Made by a program: the position numbers and the translations under genes
Shown here: one piece after another, positions 1 through 19,754 of the stretch
How the letters are laid out: each line of letters begins with the position of its first letter
Numbering within the stretch: position 1 is the first letter of the stretch
Notes under the pieces: generated by a model
Databases searched by the model: none
What the model saw: only the letters and a program-made list of their open reading frames with translations
What the model was told of the DNA's origin: nothing
From: Yuukianura sp. NJ FZ-2021
Taxonomy: Eukaryota
DNA: 64,000 bases
Assembly: GCA_046563655.1 (NCBI GenBank)
Contig: CM102288.1
Span: 4,712,001-4,776,000, forward strand
Direction of reading: 5' to 3'

Positions 1-1136
1 AGTGGGCGGTTCTTGGTGGGAGGCTGTGGAGTCATGTCCGATCAGTTTCATCGTCATGGCTGCGAGTGTCGCTGGTGGGAGCTTTCCATTATGTCTTGTA
101 GTTTTCCACACTTATGTCGTCTGTGCAGGCGTCACTTCTAGAGAAGTCATTAGGAAATATGACGCAGAGGCTCTGCGCAGTCGCAATCCAATCAAAAACT
201 GTTTCGTCATTCTGTGTAAAACGAAAAGGCCGAATATGCAGGATATTGAACTTGTCACTTAACGTAGAGTAAAAATCCTAATGTGAAAATAAAGTTAAAA
301 ATAAAAAAAAACAGCTACTACTACTGCAAAAACAAATACCGGAAATGTTGTCATTTCGTAGAACATGTTGTCATATGGCGACGGACAAATGCACCTCCAG
401 ACAGACAGACCAATGTGCATGTATTTATAAAGTAGCTTTCGGTACGAAATAGTCATCAGGGTAAGTGCGAATAAATCGTTCATAAAACTCGTATTTATTA
501 TAACACTTAGAATTGACTCAATTTATAGACTATTTCTGCTTGGTTCTAAATAATTCACAATTTATTATTATTATTATTATTTAGAAATTTATTAGGAAAA
601 TTTTTCAATATTTGCGAAATTCTAACATTGGTGACATAGACGTTGCAGAAAGAAAGTAATTCGAATCGAATTGAGTAATTTAATTAAGTTAAATTAAACT
701 GTAATTTTAGAATTTTGCCAGATGTAAAAGTTGGTGTGTATTTAAAAAAAAACTAGTATAAGAAATAATTAATTAATTTGAAGTGATAATTGATGGTTAA
801 TTGGTTGGTTAATAATACATAATTGTAAATGTTGTACAATAAATCGGTTGAGGTAAGGGCTAGAGTAAGTGAGTGTAACCCTCAATTAACATCGTAAAAT
901 TAGCGGCGTCTGGCCTAGCGAAACTCGATGGGGACAAATTCGGAACTTTTGAAATTCCTGTGTGTGAATTATGTGCGGGATACTACAGAACTGGAAGTAA
1001 TAAAAGCTGGGAGTTCACTCACCACTAAATTGAAGCAAATACTTTGTACAACTATGTAAGTAACCGCACTTTAAATTTAGCTTAAATAAATTAAACAAAA
1101 CGAAATATGTTGAGCGCTTGGTTTTTGTTGGAATGC

Positions 1137-2020
1137 TCAATCTAATAAAAGTAAATCAATAATAGTTTGAAATACAATTTCGCCCCAAATTACAAGCAAA
1201 AATTCTTTGCTTTCGAAATCGAAGCTCCCTCCCACTTGAGTCCTGATTGGCATCATTCCGGTCCAAAATTGGAATTTGTGAGTAGACATTGATTTGTAGT
1301 ACGCTTGTTTCTTCAACTTAATTATGTCTGATGACATCAAACAAGTATTTGTCATCATGCCGAACCATACACTGCAAATTAATGTTACAGAAATAGCACA
1401 TCCTACAAAAGGGGCAATCAACAATTTCGGAACTTTTTCCAAAGTAAGCAACATGTAACAAAACACCAATGCAAATGACTACGCCAGCGATGCTGACCCT
1501 GAAAACGCCTAAATTTTTAGCGTTTAGCTTTCTCACACCACCCAAAGGGAAAGTTCTTCCCTGGAAACACTGGAAATTCCCTAACTTCAGAACGAGTTTT
1601 CATAGGCATTTGGAACAGAATTTAAAAACCTCAAAATAAAACACCTAAGCAGAGCATCCTTAAGATTATAAAAGGACGTTAATGAGAAAAACTCACTCAA
1701 TTATTCCATTCCACTTGTGGGCGATAAGAAATTCAAGTGTCCAGAGAATAGGAGAATCATATTCCATACATTGCGTCTAACTTATTTACAACCTTTTTTG
1801 ATGGAAGCATCTTGCGGAGGTAGGTTTCCAACAACATGTATCCAGAAACTAAGGTTATTCATTGGCTAGAAAGTCGCAATGGTCGTCAATACTAATGTGC
1901 TAATAACTGGAAACTCGCGAAAATTCGAAGGAAGTATCTCATAAAGAGTACGAGATAGAAACGGGGTTTCATTAAAATAAACCGTTGTAAACGCCTTACC
2001 AAAGTAGCGAACGAATGTTA
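1137..2020 (-). pseudogene. Degraded multi-pass membrane protein, possibly arthropod gustatory/chemoreceptor-like
   Basis: ORF 1137-1469 ends MPIRTQVGGSFDFESKEFLLVIWGEIVFQTIIDLLLLD, resembling the final loop+TM7 of arthropod GR-like receptors; upstream hydrophobic fragments lie in other frames (1318-1545; FVRYFGKAFTTVYFNETPFLSRTLYEILP... near 1865-2015) separated by stops/frameshifts. Family call is by resemblance only. Confidence 0.3.
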
Positions 2021-2258
2021 AAGTTTTTTCAGAATGCACATCTTATTTAACGGTAGACCAAAAGTCAATCACACACCGACACTAAAGTTGTTTGGCTAAA
2101 TCTAAGTGAGATGAACAAAATTTGTAGGAATACTTTTTTGAATTGTGGTTGTGGTGCTAAACAAATGTGACCTGCACGTTTGATCCGAAAGTTCGAAAAC
2201 TTTGAAACTTCCAGCCGACAAGTATAGAGTTTAATAAGAATTTAATTCCATTTCTTAC

Positions 2259-4177
2259 TTATTGTGCTTTTTTGGATTTGACCTTTGATGATGAGAGGTC
2301 ATTTAAATAAAGTTTTGAAGATTTGCTTGCACTGGCGTCAGTTCGGATCCATCGCGATGAACTTCTATCCAAGTCTTGTTTGGTGAAAGATTTTTCTCGC
2401 GACAATTCAGCCACACTTTGTCGCTGAGAACGGCTCGGTTTGGCCGGAACCTTGGCTGGTTTCTTTTCAATTAAGGCTGGTTGAACCTTGTCGGTATTTT
2501 CTGGGGCAGGTTGAGACGAACTTTGACCTGCGACCACCTCAGCGACAGAATCAGCAGGAGCAGTGGTGCAGCGTCTCCGATCCTCCAATTGCTGCAATTG
2601 ATCTGGACTAATTTTGACAATTGGCGGTAAACTGTCGATCAAAATGTCCATCACTTCTGGGACAGCGTTCATGTCACTCAACTGCAATTTTCAAAAAATT
2701 GTCAGATTTTGAAAAGTTAATAGTTTTTTAATCATCATAGCTTTCACTGCTCTTTTTTTTATTTTTACTTAACTGTTCTCATGATTTTTTTCATTTTGGA
2801 CCGAAGTACCGGAAGTGAGCGTCGACTCGGCAGTTCCCGGACTTTTTCTGCCTCTACTTCCACATTCGGCTCGGTTTCGGAAATGTCCGATTCTGAAACT
2901 TCCGCTCGTTCCGACACCTTACCCGAACTCGGACTGGAGCGAATCGTGGAACTGACAATCGGCACCAGGGAAATGTCGCTTATGCTTTCTCGAATGTCCA
3001 GAAGAAACTTGGGCGTAGAGGTCACGACCTTGACCTTAACCTCTTCACTTCCACAATCAGGCTCCAAGTACTTATATGCCCTTCGACATGGCAAAGGAGT
3101 GCCAGAAATGTTCGGAAAGTAGGCAGAGGATAATCGACGTTCCAGATTTAGTGGAGGGAGGCTCATTTTACTGAGAGCTGGAGTTGCTGTGAAGCTGCGT
3201 TGAGCGCTTGCGCAGTTCGAGCTGTCTCGAATGAACAATTGCTGCGTCGATTCCGAATCTACTGGAATTCGTGAAGCAGAAGCGTCCCATCGCAGAACTT
3301 GTCTCAGCGTGGCAGGATGAATGTTCATTTTTTGAAACAGCGTATGAGCAGAACTCTGCAGTCTGAACAGCGCCTCTTGCATTGGATCGTCGTTGTTATT
3401 TAAAAATGGATTGGTTGAGTGAAATCGCTGTGTCGAGTTGGAAGGAATTGGCGTAACACTGGCAGCATTTCTAATCGGTGTCCGAAGTGGCAAGTTCCGC
3501 AGAGAATCGGTGAGTTGAAATCGCTGATTTCCGGTATTCGACGCTTCTGGTCCAAAAGTAGTGGAGCTCACGACAGAAATTTGTTTCGGTTCCACTTCGG
3601 CTACAGCTTGAGCAATTCCAGGTTTTCGGATCGGACTTTTCAACTTTGCGTAGTGGTGACCTTGACCCAAAGGCGGACTGACTTTTCGGTGACCTGCGCT
3701 TGTACTGCTGGTCCTTCTTAACTTCAATCCAGCCACATCTTTTTGTACTTCGTTAACCATGAGCTTAAGGGCTGTTGGTGAAACTTTTGACCTCACTAAG
3801 GCGTGACCTGACGTTCGTGGATTGACCTCTTCTCCGGGTTTCAAGGTCACCGGAGTAGTAATTGATGCTGTTGATTTTTGGAAAGTGTCGTCAGTGTTTC
3901 TTTGTTTAAGCAGAATTTCCTGAGCTTTTCTTGCACTGCAGCGGACCATTGCAAACCGAGGAAGTGGAGATACTTCAACCTCTTCGGCGACATTTTCAAC
4001 CGTGACAAGTTCAGATTCATTGGCGACATTTACAAGTTCGGACTCATTGGCGACATTTTGATGTGTCTGTGACGACTGTGACTCAGTTTGAACTTCATGT
4101 TCCTCTGGAGGTTCTGGAAAAGCGGAAGTGGATACATTGCAACGCGAAGCCACCGGAGACTTGATGTAGAGCGGCAT
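2259..4177 (-). CDS. Uncharacterised Ser/Thr/Pro-rich low-complexity protein (2 exons, ~610 aa)
   Basis: ATG at 4177; exon 4177-2774 joins exon 2681-2259 in phase 0 (ACA|GTTAAG ... TTGCAG|TTG). Short internal NVANESELV duplication. No recognisable domain. Confidence 0.6.
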
Positions 4178-4422
4178 TTTATTCAAAGTGGCACCTTGTC
4201 AAAAAGTGCAAAAAAAAAAGTTTTTGAGATTTCCAAATTTTCCAAATTTTGGTCCAGAAATTCGAATGTAAACAAATTGTTTAGTCAAAAGTTTTGCACA
4301 GCCGGTTTGCTAGGTTTTTTTTTTTTTTGCCAAAATTTTATTTCGAACTTTCCAAACAGCAAAATAACTGCGAAGAACAAGAACAACTGAAATAATTTAA
4401 AAATTTTCAAAAAAAAAGTCGT

Positions 4423-5186
4423 TTAAAAGAGTGATGTCACTTTTTTCCAAACATCTTTGGCAAATTTCTCGGTTTCACTTTTCGTCTCTTTCCAAATTTT
4501 GGGAATGTTGATGCAGAAAATCTCCGAGGAATCTGCTACTTCCGAGTTTTGGTCTGCCGCTGGTGGAGCTTCTGTCGTTGTCGTTGTTGGTGACGGCATC
4601 GAACGGGTCAAAATTGTATTCATAGCTTCGTCCGTTTCTTTCTCTTTGACCTCCAATGTTCCTCGCTAGACCAAAAAATCAAAAGGATTAATCGATTAAT
4701 TAATCACATTAATTAAAAGTTGACACTTCCCGGTTTCTGACCTGGAGAATCATAGGTTCCGTGTTGACCCCACAAATATACGTCCCACTCTCCTCTTCTC
4801 CCACGTTAAAAATGTACAAAATGCTCTCCATCACATCGCCTGACCTCGGAATCAGCGAAAACGAAATCTTCGGATTCCTAGTAACTTTTAGCCCGTTGAC
4901 AGCCAATATGGAGTCCATCGTAGCGTCTTTTCCCCGCCAGAACCAAATGACCTGCAAAGTATTCCATTTTAACTTAATCAGTTTTCAAGGTCAAATTAGG
5001 TTCAGAATGTTTGACCTTTGACCTTACCCGTGCATTTTCAAGGTGAAGGATAGAACAAGAAAATTCCAAATTCGTGCCAGGGATTGCAGTAATGTTTTTG
5101 AGCGGTTCGAGGAAGGCTGTTTGTTCTTCGGCCGAGACGAAGGTCACTGAGGTCAGACAGAAAACTGCTAACAAATTCCACTTCAT
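4423..5186 (-). CDS. Secreted single-Ig-domain protein, DIP/lachesin/IgLON-like, with Thr/Pro-rich tail (3 exons)
   Basis: Signal peptide MKWNLLAVFCLTSVTFVSA; Ig pattern FLEPLKNITAIPGTNLEFSC..VIW..ILAVNGLKVTRNPK..ESGTYICGVNTEPM resembles Ig1 of DIP/lachesin proteins; ORFs 4974-5192, 4709-4957 and 4423-4656 are separated by short introns. Confidence 0.7.
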
Positions 5187-5774
5187 TTTCAAAATTCAGA
5201 AGTTAGTATTTCAAATTCAAAAGTTCAAAACACGTTTTTAAAGGATTTTTTGAAGGTGCTGAGTGAGTGCGAGATGAGATTACTGAATGGCTGAATGTGT
5301 CGCCTTGTCTTTTGGATGTTAAGGAGGAAATAAGTCATTTAATCTGTGACAGGGTCCAACTGTGGAGCTAAATTGGGAAGATAAAGTGGACCAGAGTGAG
5401 GATGAGTGCATCACAAAGGTCAAATTCTCATGACCTTCTCACCAAAGCATCTTGAGTAATCAGCCATCAGAGATACCTCATGCTAAGCACTAAAATTAGT
5501 TCATAAGTATAAAGTCATTACATAATTTAGCGTAATTTGGGAAAGTCAATGGAGTTTTGCAATATCTAGCTTCGTTTTGCTTCTATTCTACGATAAATTG
5601 TTGCCAAGGACAACACTACAGTTGTATAAATGCAATGGAAGTAACAAATATGATGATGGATGGTTGACTGGTGCTGGTCATGCGCAGCAGTAGCGTTGAC
5701 CCTTTGACCTTGAAAATTTTTGAAATTGTACAAGACAAAGTAAATACTGGCGGTTGGAAGGATTGACGTTGACA

Positions 5775-8700
5775 ATGAGCGCCACCTCTCCACCCAGCAG
5801 CAGTGCCATCAAAATCTTTTGCCGCATCAAACCAGTCAACGATCCTGTTGTAATAAGTCCAAAAATAACGCAAAATTTTAACATTTCAAAAAGTGAGGCT
5901 GATTCCAATGAATTCGTTTTTGAATTTGTTCTGTAGTCTTACGACATCCATACGATAGAAGATGGGGATGAAGAGAGACTGGAGCTGCATTTGGATCCAA
6001 ATGCAGCAGTGCAGTACCTCAACAACAAACAGGATCAGTTCCAATTCAGGTACAAAAAATTTGAACGCACGACGATTTTTAAAAATCGTAGATCTTTTTT
6101 TGAATTTTGAAAAAAACTGTATATTTTCTGTACGTTTTAGATTTAGCAAAGTGTTTGATCGGTCAAGTCGGCAGGATTATGTTTTTGGAGAAGTAGCTCG
6201 ACCAGTAATTGACAGGTAAAAATTTAGAATTTATCTAAAATTTCTTTGAAATTCAAAATTTGAACAAAAATGTTGAATTGTGCAGTGCATTTCTGGGATA
6301 CAACGCCACTATTTTTGCTTATGGCCAAACAGGTTTGTTGAAATAACAGCAAAATTGTAAAAAAAACCTGGAAAAGAAACTTTTTTTTTGTAGGAACTGG
6401 AAAAACTTTTACAATGACTGGAAGCCGTGCTTCGTACCACGACCGTGGAGTACAGTTTTTCTAATTCGAAATTTTGATTTTTCTTTTTTTCAAATTTTAA
6501 AATGGATTCGTTTTTATAAAGATCATTCCAAGGACGCTGGAGTACATTTTTGAAAAATTCGGTCCAGTAAGAACATAAATACGGAAGTTTTACAATCTAA
6601 AAACAAATGGAAAATGATTTTTGACTTTTTGAAAATGTTGTTCAAAATTTAGGACAACAATCCCGCAAAAGTTCGAAACGTTTTTGTGTCGTATTTGGAG
6701 ATTTACAATGAGGCAGGATACGATCTTCTCAATCCTACACCAATCACAGGACGCATGGACGACATGGGGTATGACTGACACCAACTAATTACACATTTAA
6801 TTACTAATTAAATTAATTCATTTACTCTTCAGCAGGAGAGTCACAATTATGGAAGATGGGAGTCATCAGATGCATCTGCGCAATCTCAGTGTCAATTCTG
6901 TCGCCAATGTCCAAGAAGCGATTCAGCTTCTGTACTTGGGAGATCACAACAGGTTTAACAGAACCTAAAAGATAAAATTCAAACAGAAATTTTCAAAAAT
7001 TCAAAAATTCCTAACTTTTCTAAAAAATTTGGTTAGAACAATTGCTGAAACGCCGATGAACGAAACATCGACTCGTTCTCATTGCATTTTTACCATCCAC
7101 TTGTGCATCCGAGATGTGAACACTTCCCTCACAACGCGTTCCAAACTAAATCTTGTGGATTTGGCAGGGTAAGCAGTACTTTCACTCTAGAAGATGCAGT
7201 TTGACCTTTGACCTTTTGACTTCCAGGTCAGAACGAGTGTCGACGATTAGCACGACGAGTCATCTGGCTACAGAGGCTCGTCATATCAACTTGGCTCTTC
7301 ACTACCTCGAACAAGTCATTGTCGCTTTAGGCGAATCCAATCGAAATCACATTCCTTACAGAAACTCCATGATGACGGCAGTTCTGCGCGACAGGTAAAA
7401 AAATTTCAAACAATTCAAGAACTTCAAAAATTTTGAGAAAGTTTCTAACATGTTTTTTTAGTCTTGGAGGGAACTGCATGACTTCCATGATTGCCACTGT
7501 GTCTCTGGATTTGAAAAATTCACAAGAGAGCTTATCCACATGTCGCTTCGCTCAGAGAGTCGCTTTGGTCAGAAATGTCGCCAAGAAGAATGAAGGACTG
7601 GATCCAAACATCATCATCACGCAACTCAAGAACGAAGTCAAGCGTCTTCGGGAAATTATCGAATCCAACTCCATCTCAAACGTAATCTAAAAACCAAAAT
7701 AAAAAATTTTTTTTTTTTCAAAATTTGAAATTTTTTATTCTTAGGTCAAAGAAAGTACCGGACCGCTTACTGACGATGAACTGGACGCTTGTTCTTACGG
7801 AGTTCAGCAGTTTTTAGCCAACAGTGACATGCGTGCTGGACTCGCAATTCCAGCTGACATGCGCATGGTTCAAGAATGCTTCCGGATTCTGAAGCGACAA
7901 GTGACATACAAAGCAAATTCGCCGTCCAGTTCTGACGCTGCCCTCCGAAGTCCAGTCACGCGTGGTCCAGAAGAACCTGCATCAGACCAACCACAAGACT
8001 TTACTCAAATGCTGGCTAGACGAGATGCTGAAATTAGTAAACTGACAACTTTTTGAAATTGATAAACTAGAATTCCTGACCTTTGACCTTGAGCAGGAGT
8101 GTTGACTGACATGATCCGAAGAGAAAAGACGAAACGAAGTCAAACAGCAGTTCCAGCAAGTCCAAAACTATCTGATGAAAGTATTCCGGTTTCTGGGAAG
8201 CAACGTCCGTCCACCACAAGCCGATCCGAGGGCAGTGGCAAGCAGTTGATATCTCCACGAGGACTTATGCTGGACAAGCAAGATGTTCTGGCCCGCTTGG
8301 CTCTTCTGGCACCTCCTGGAGACGGAAATCGCTTTGATGACACTCCAGGAGTACTGCCAGGGGGACATAAAAACAGACTTGACTGCGACACTCCACCACC
8401 TTCAAGAGGTAAATCATATGAAATTAGAAACTTTATACTGTGTCGATGTCTTATTCTAAACATTGACCTCAGATGACCCCACTTTTGATGGAAACGCAAT
8501 GACTCGTCACTTTTCGGAGGCCAAACGAATTGCTCTCGTGACGTACATCAACAAGTACGAAGGAGCTCCTGCTGTCCAGAATCTTCGTGCCAAAGGATTT
8601 CAAATTCGAGCTGAAATCCGGGATTTGGATGCGTCAATTGCCTCTTCCAAACAAAACATTGGTAAAAAAGGTCAAAGGTCAAGTATTTTTTGAAAATATT

Positions 8701-9923
8701 TCATGAAAACTTACAGAGTCGATGAAGAAAATCGCTGAAACGACGGGTGACCCAGAAACGAAATGTAACTTGTCCGTGTCCATGAACAATCAACAGCGCA
8801 CGCTTGACCTCAACTCTGATCGTCGTCAGACTTTGGCTGAAGAAGTGGAAGGAATCGAGGTAACGCTGAAGGCTGAATACAAAAAACTGCTGGCAGGATT
8901 CGAAGAGTGGTGGGACGTGACTCAGAAAATTGGACCAATCCAGGGTGAGTTGATCAGATTAGTTGACCTTGACATAAATTGTTGACCTTTGATTCCTTGT
9001 TCTTCAGGAATGGTTTTGCCAACTCAGAAGGACATTGTTCCACAAGACACCATGGGAGAGGTCGTCAAAAAAGTAAGTTCTGCATTTCGAGCGACAGTGT
9101 CGCTTAGGAGACAGTGTCGCTTCTAGGCGGAGACACAGGATGAGATGACGAGTGACAGGGGTTTGGTAATTGTTCCAGATTTTGGTTCCAGTGGTTCCAT
9201 TTGTGCCTCTCCTCCTTCTTGAACTTTATCACGAAATCGAGTCCTATGTCTCCTCCTCCACCAATCGCCAATAACGTCTTCTAAAAATTAAAATCCAAAA
9301 TTATACTTTTCCAAAATCCCTCAATTTGTTCAAAATTCGAGTTCCAAAATTACCAAATTCAAAATAAAGCCAAGTATAACTCGATGCTGGCGCTGCGAAT
9401 TCAATTTTCCTGGTGGCTTTTAGTACGCTGGACTGCAACTTAAAGTTTACATTGTTCTTGTGCTTTGATAGTCAGGAGAGGAGGAGAGGCGGGTGATGGG
9501 TGGAGGTCAAGGTCAGACTCCGGTGACCTCGAGTCGACGAGACGCAGAGGCCAACATTCTTGTATCTTCAGATGAAACCGATGACAAATCCAAATTGAAC
9601 TCATCACCGAGTAAGCCTAAAAACCATTTTTTTTTAAAGTCAAGGTCACCAAAAATTATTTGATTTCATTTCTTACCTCAGCTTCACCCATGTTGCCTCC
9701 ACGAGCTCCCCTCAAAACTCGTCTGGATTTGGCCACTGGTGGGAACCAATCAGAGAGTGACTCTGACGACAGTCCGGAAGAGGAGCAAGGAGGTCAGAGG
9801 TCAGGGTCACGCATTCCAGTGACAGGAGACACGGAAACGGATCAAGAAGTCCTCCAGTTCCTGCAAGCAAGGAAACAAGTATTTCAAGCAATTAAGATGA
9901 AAAAGGAGGAAATTGGGAAATAA
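5775..9923 (+). CDS. KIF6: Kinesin-9 family motor, KIF6-like (multi-exon)
   Basis: IFCRIKP; P-loop [106 protein letters not shown]-terminal [21 protein letters not shown] matches the KIF6 tail. Confidence 0.9.
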
Positions 9924-10237
9924 CACAAAATGTTTTATGGTTTGACTCACCTTTCGTCCAAAAATTTTGTTTTAGAAATTCAAAAGTATTTTCTAAAAAG
10001 TAAAAATTAAAGTGATGACCTCATTTGACCTAAAATTAGACGAATCTTTTCAAGTTATTCATAAACTCTCCTGTCCAATTTTACTGCACAAAATAAAAAT
10101 GCATTTCCCAGAATAAGCTTCTGGATTCCTATAACTTTTAACAACAAAGTTTTTAAAGATTCAATAAATATAAAAATCTAAAGTTAACTCAACCTTAGCC
10201 TACCTTGCCAAATAAGTTTTCTAAACAAATCAGAAAA

Positions 10238-13643
<3,406 letters not shown>

Positions 13644-14507
13644 TGTAAACTCCCAGTCTCAACTTCGGGTCCTAAACAAAATTACAATACAGAGAAAGGA
13701 ACGGTGGAGAACTAAATTATAAATTAACTATAGACAAATTGTAAACTTTACAGTTTACAACTTACAAAAGTGTTCTCTGGGTCGTATCCAGCAGTTCCGG
13801 TCAATGAGGTCACTTCTTCAGAGGGTCATGATGACACGCCCAATAAACAATTGACAGAATAAAAGCTGAAATCTAAAAGTAAAAGCAAAGTTAATTAAAA
13901 AAATTAAATTGTTTGCGTTGATTTTTAGTACGGATTTTCCCCGTGTTTTTTATTTTATGTTTTATTTTTCGAAAAAAAAAGAAACTAAAAACCGAATTTT
14001 GAATGTTGCCGCTTTTAAAAAAATTTGAATAACCTACCAAAAGAGTGCGTGGACAAATCAAAGGGTTGCTTTCACACCACCCACTCACCCGTGCCAGTGA
14101 TATAACTACTAAAGAAACAAGCCAATACTAAATTCTGAAAATTAGTAAATAACTTAGTAGAGGTGACTAATTAACTACTAATTAAGGCATTTAATTAATA
14201 TTAACATTTGTTTAATAATGATGATTACTGGCGATGTAAAAGAACAAGAAATAGAAAGACAATTGCCCATATAAGGATGGCAACATCGTAGTGTGGATTT
14301 GCATAATTTAAAAATATTTTAGTTCCGCTGTCTGCCGCCAGGGGTTTGGCCATTGGAATTTTTTTTGCAACTCTATTTTAAGCCTCCACCATCTTTCGCC
14401 ATAGTGGATTTTTTGGGCAGGGAAGTTGGCATCGGTAACTCAGTCTTCGTGTTGGAATAATCTGGGATTTGATTAACTTAATCATCGTTAGGAATCGATA
14501 GATCAAG

Positions 14508-17147
<2,640 letters not shown>

Positions 17148-18504
17148 ACGTCGGAATTTAATTTTAGACTGCCATTACCGTTAGAAATGAAAACCTTTAG
17201 CTAAAACAATGAACGTGATGCTGCGAGTTGTCTAAAAAATGAAGCCCTGTTAGTAAAAATCGAGTCAATCCCAGTTTACTAAAATGTCTGTTGTCAGCAA
17301 TTCAGAATTGGACAAGCATGATTGAGTGTCTGATAAAATCTAACTGTTTGGCTTTTAGCAGAAGTTAATTCCAGTCAACTCATCTGTTAAACATTCGACA
17401 CTCAAATAAAACTCACACAAAATCAAAGTTTAGAACGGATAATAACTTTTTATCTGTTGCACAACCTCCTTTTGTTGCTAACTTTACTATGAAAATTCGC
17501 AACATTGTTCTCGTGAAGTCGTTTCACTTTCGTCATCCTCAATACAACCTTAATTTTGAGTAGCTTTGCAAATTGTTGCCAATTTCCATCACGGGGTTAT
17601 TGCAGAAACTGAAGTTCTAATTTTGCAAATTGTCAAAACGTGAGTTGAGGTGAAGTTGGGAGTTCTCCCCCAATTGTTCTCCCCACCCCATCCCCAACAA
17701 CAACTTTTCTTTGCACAGTCTCTACCCATAGCGCAAAACTCTGTACCCTTCAAAGATTCAAAATTTAGCACCCCCTTATAACTTATAAGGTTTCATCGAT
17801 TTAACGCAAAAAAAAGGTCCTTTAACTATTGGGATTTGGAAAAATTCGAAAATTTTAATAATATACTAGTTCAACGTTTTGGCGTAAGGTTTGTGGTGCA
17901 TACCTTTGAAATATCGTTTACATGTTTGGGATACTTTTATACTAGTTTTCTTGACACAAAATTTTATACACAAACACATTAAAAATATCTAAGTGCCTTA
18001 AAAATCGCTACTAATCTGGGTGTCTCCCGGGGTATTAAATGAAGTGTTATGTCGGATAGTCCAATTCTTAGTATCTTTGATACGTAGTAAACTTTGTGCC
18101 TTTTTCCGGCCCCGAGTTTAGTATCCATAGGATGCTAAGTTTTGCACTGTGGGCAACAACTGTTCAAGAGATCATCTAGCATATCCCTTCACGGACGTCT
18201 TGGATAGACTCCTTTTAATAGACATAAAAGACACAAGACATAATTTGGTCAAGATTCGATATTCGACTAATTCAGAGTCTCAGTGCTCTCAAATTAATCA
18301 GGCAATCAGTTCTCGTAGAATTAAGAAACATATGTTCTAGTTTTGGGATTTGGAGAACGGGGCACGGAGCACGGAAAGAGAAAAAATCCGGATTCAGCGA
18401 ATCAGCATTCAGGAATTTTGGTGCTTTTCGTAGCAACCACAACCAGCCGGAGCTGAATTGTGAAACGACAGGTCGCGGAAGTTTTGGGGTTTTGAGATTT
18501 CGAC

Positions 18505-19754
18505 ATGAACGGTTTCGTAAGTAACAAGCCTGGAGAAACGATTACGGATAAATTGGGACTCGGAAGCGAAGTACGTGAACTAAAGTTCGGAGCTGGATTT
18601 AGTGGAAATCGGGCCAGAGGAGGACCTGCTAGAAATGATTCTTTTCATACCATACGGTAAGAGTTTACATGTGGAATTAAGTGGTAATTGGAATGGAACT
18701 TAATTGATTTGATTGGTAATTTGAAATTACTTTGCAGGTATGATTTCAAACCAGCGAGTGTGGATACTACACAGCAAGCTACTGTTGAAGTTGGAAGTAA
18801 CAATCAAGTAACAATTTCAATTCCGCATTCGGATGGAACCGGAGCAAATGTATTCAAAGGTCCACGGAAGCCCTACGCTAAAGAATGTGTCCTCATCATT
18901 GACCATATCACTGGAGAAGTCACACTGGAAAAATTGGGAGATAATATTACTGTGAAGAAAACGAGGCCAGAGAGGTATTGTACTCTTTTCATTTATTGTA
19001 GTCCTAGGTTCATGTGTTGGACAGAATTAATCATTTATCGTCTTTCTCTTGACACTGTAGGCCGGAAGGAAGCAGTCGGCCAAACTCCAACAGTAGTAAA
19101 CCTCCAGCTCCTGCCCCACCACCACCCCCAACTCAAGAAAAGAAAAATTATCCGCCACCACCGCCTCCAGCATCTTCAGTTGAAAGGCATGTAGCCCCAC
19201 CTCCGGTTCCGACACAACCCGAAAGGAAAAGCAAACAACATCCATCAGCTGCCCCACCACCTCCAGTACCATCTGAAAAGAAAAAACCGAATCCCCCGCC
19301 GCTGCCGCCTCTGCCATCTTTGTCACCTATTGAAGAAATGGAACTGCCCAAGACTGACTTTCTTCCATCACCTCCACAATCCAAACCACCAAAACCCGTA
19401 TCCAAACCGACCTCACAGACAAAAGAGGAACTGTTATCCGAAATGTCTTCGAGTGACGACGATTCCAGCTCCGGTAGTTCCAGTAGCAGCGAAAGTGAGA
19501 GCAGTGATGACGATATGATGGATGTTGAAGATGTTCCAGTTCCATCAGTTCCAATAATGCCAATGGTCAAGCACCTTCCAAAACTGCCTACATTACCATC
19601 GCATAAAGTCGCAGCTCCTTCTATGCCGCTGTTCGACTCTCCGGATCCATTCAGTTCTTCGAGTGCTTCAGCTCCACCACCGAAGGGCCTCTTGAGTACT
19701 TTAGTGAACGAAGATTTGCAATTATCCGAAGAATCGGATTCTGATTCTGACTAA
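18505..19754 (+). CDS. EAF: ELL-associated factor (EAF1/2-like), 3 exons
   Basis: Spliced FHTIR|YDFKPASVD motif, VFKGPRKPYAKECVLIIDHITGEVTLEKL..ITVKKTR, Pro/Ser/acidic tail ending EDLQLSEESDSDSD. Confidence 0.9.

Noticed and set aside
2..262. Edge ORF, or a possible minus-strand gene start (MTMKLIGHD...) running off the window
   Set aside because: Insufficient sequence to support either reading.
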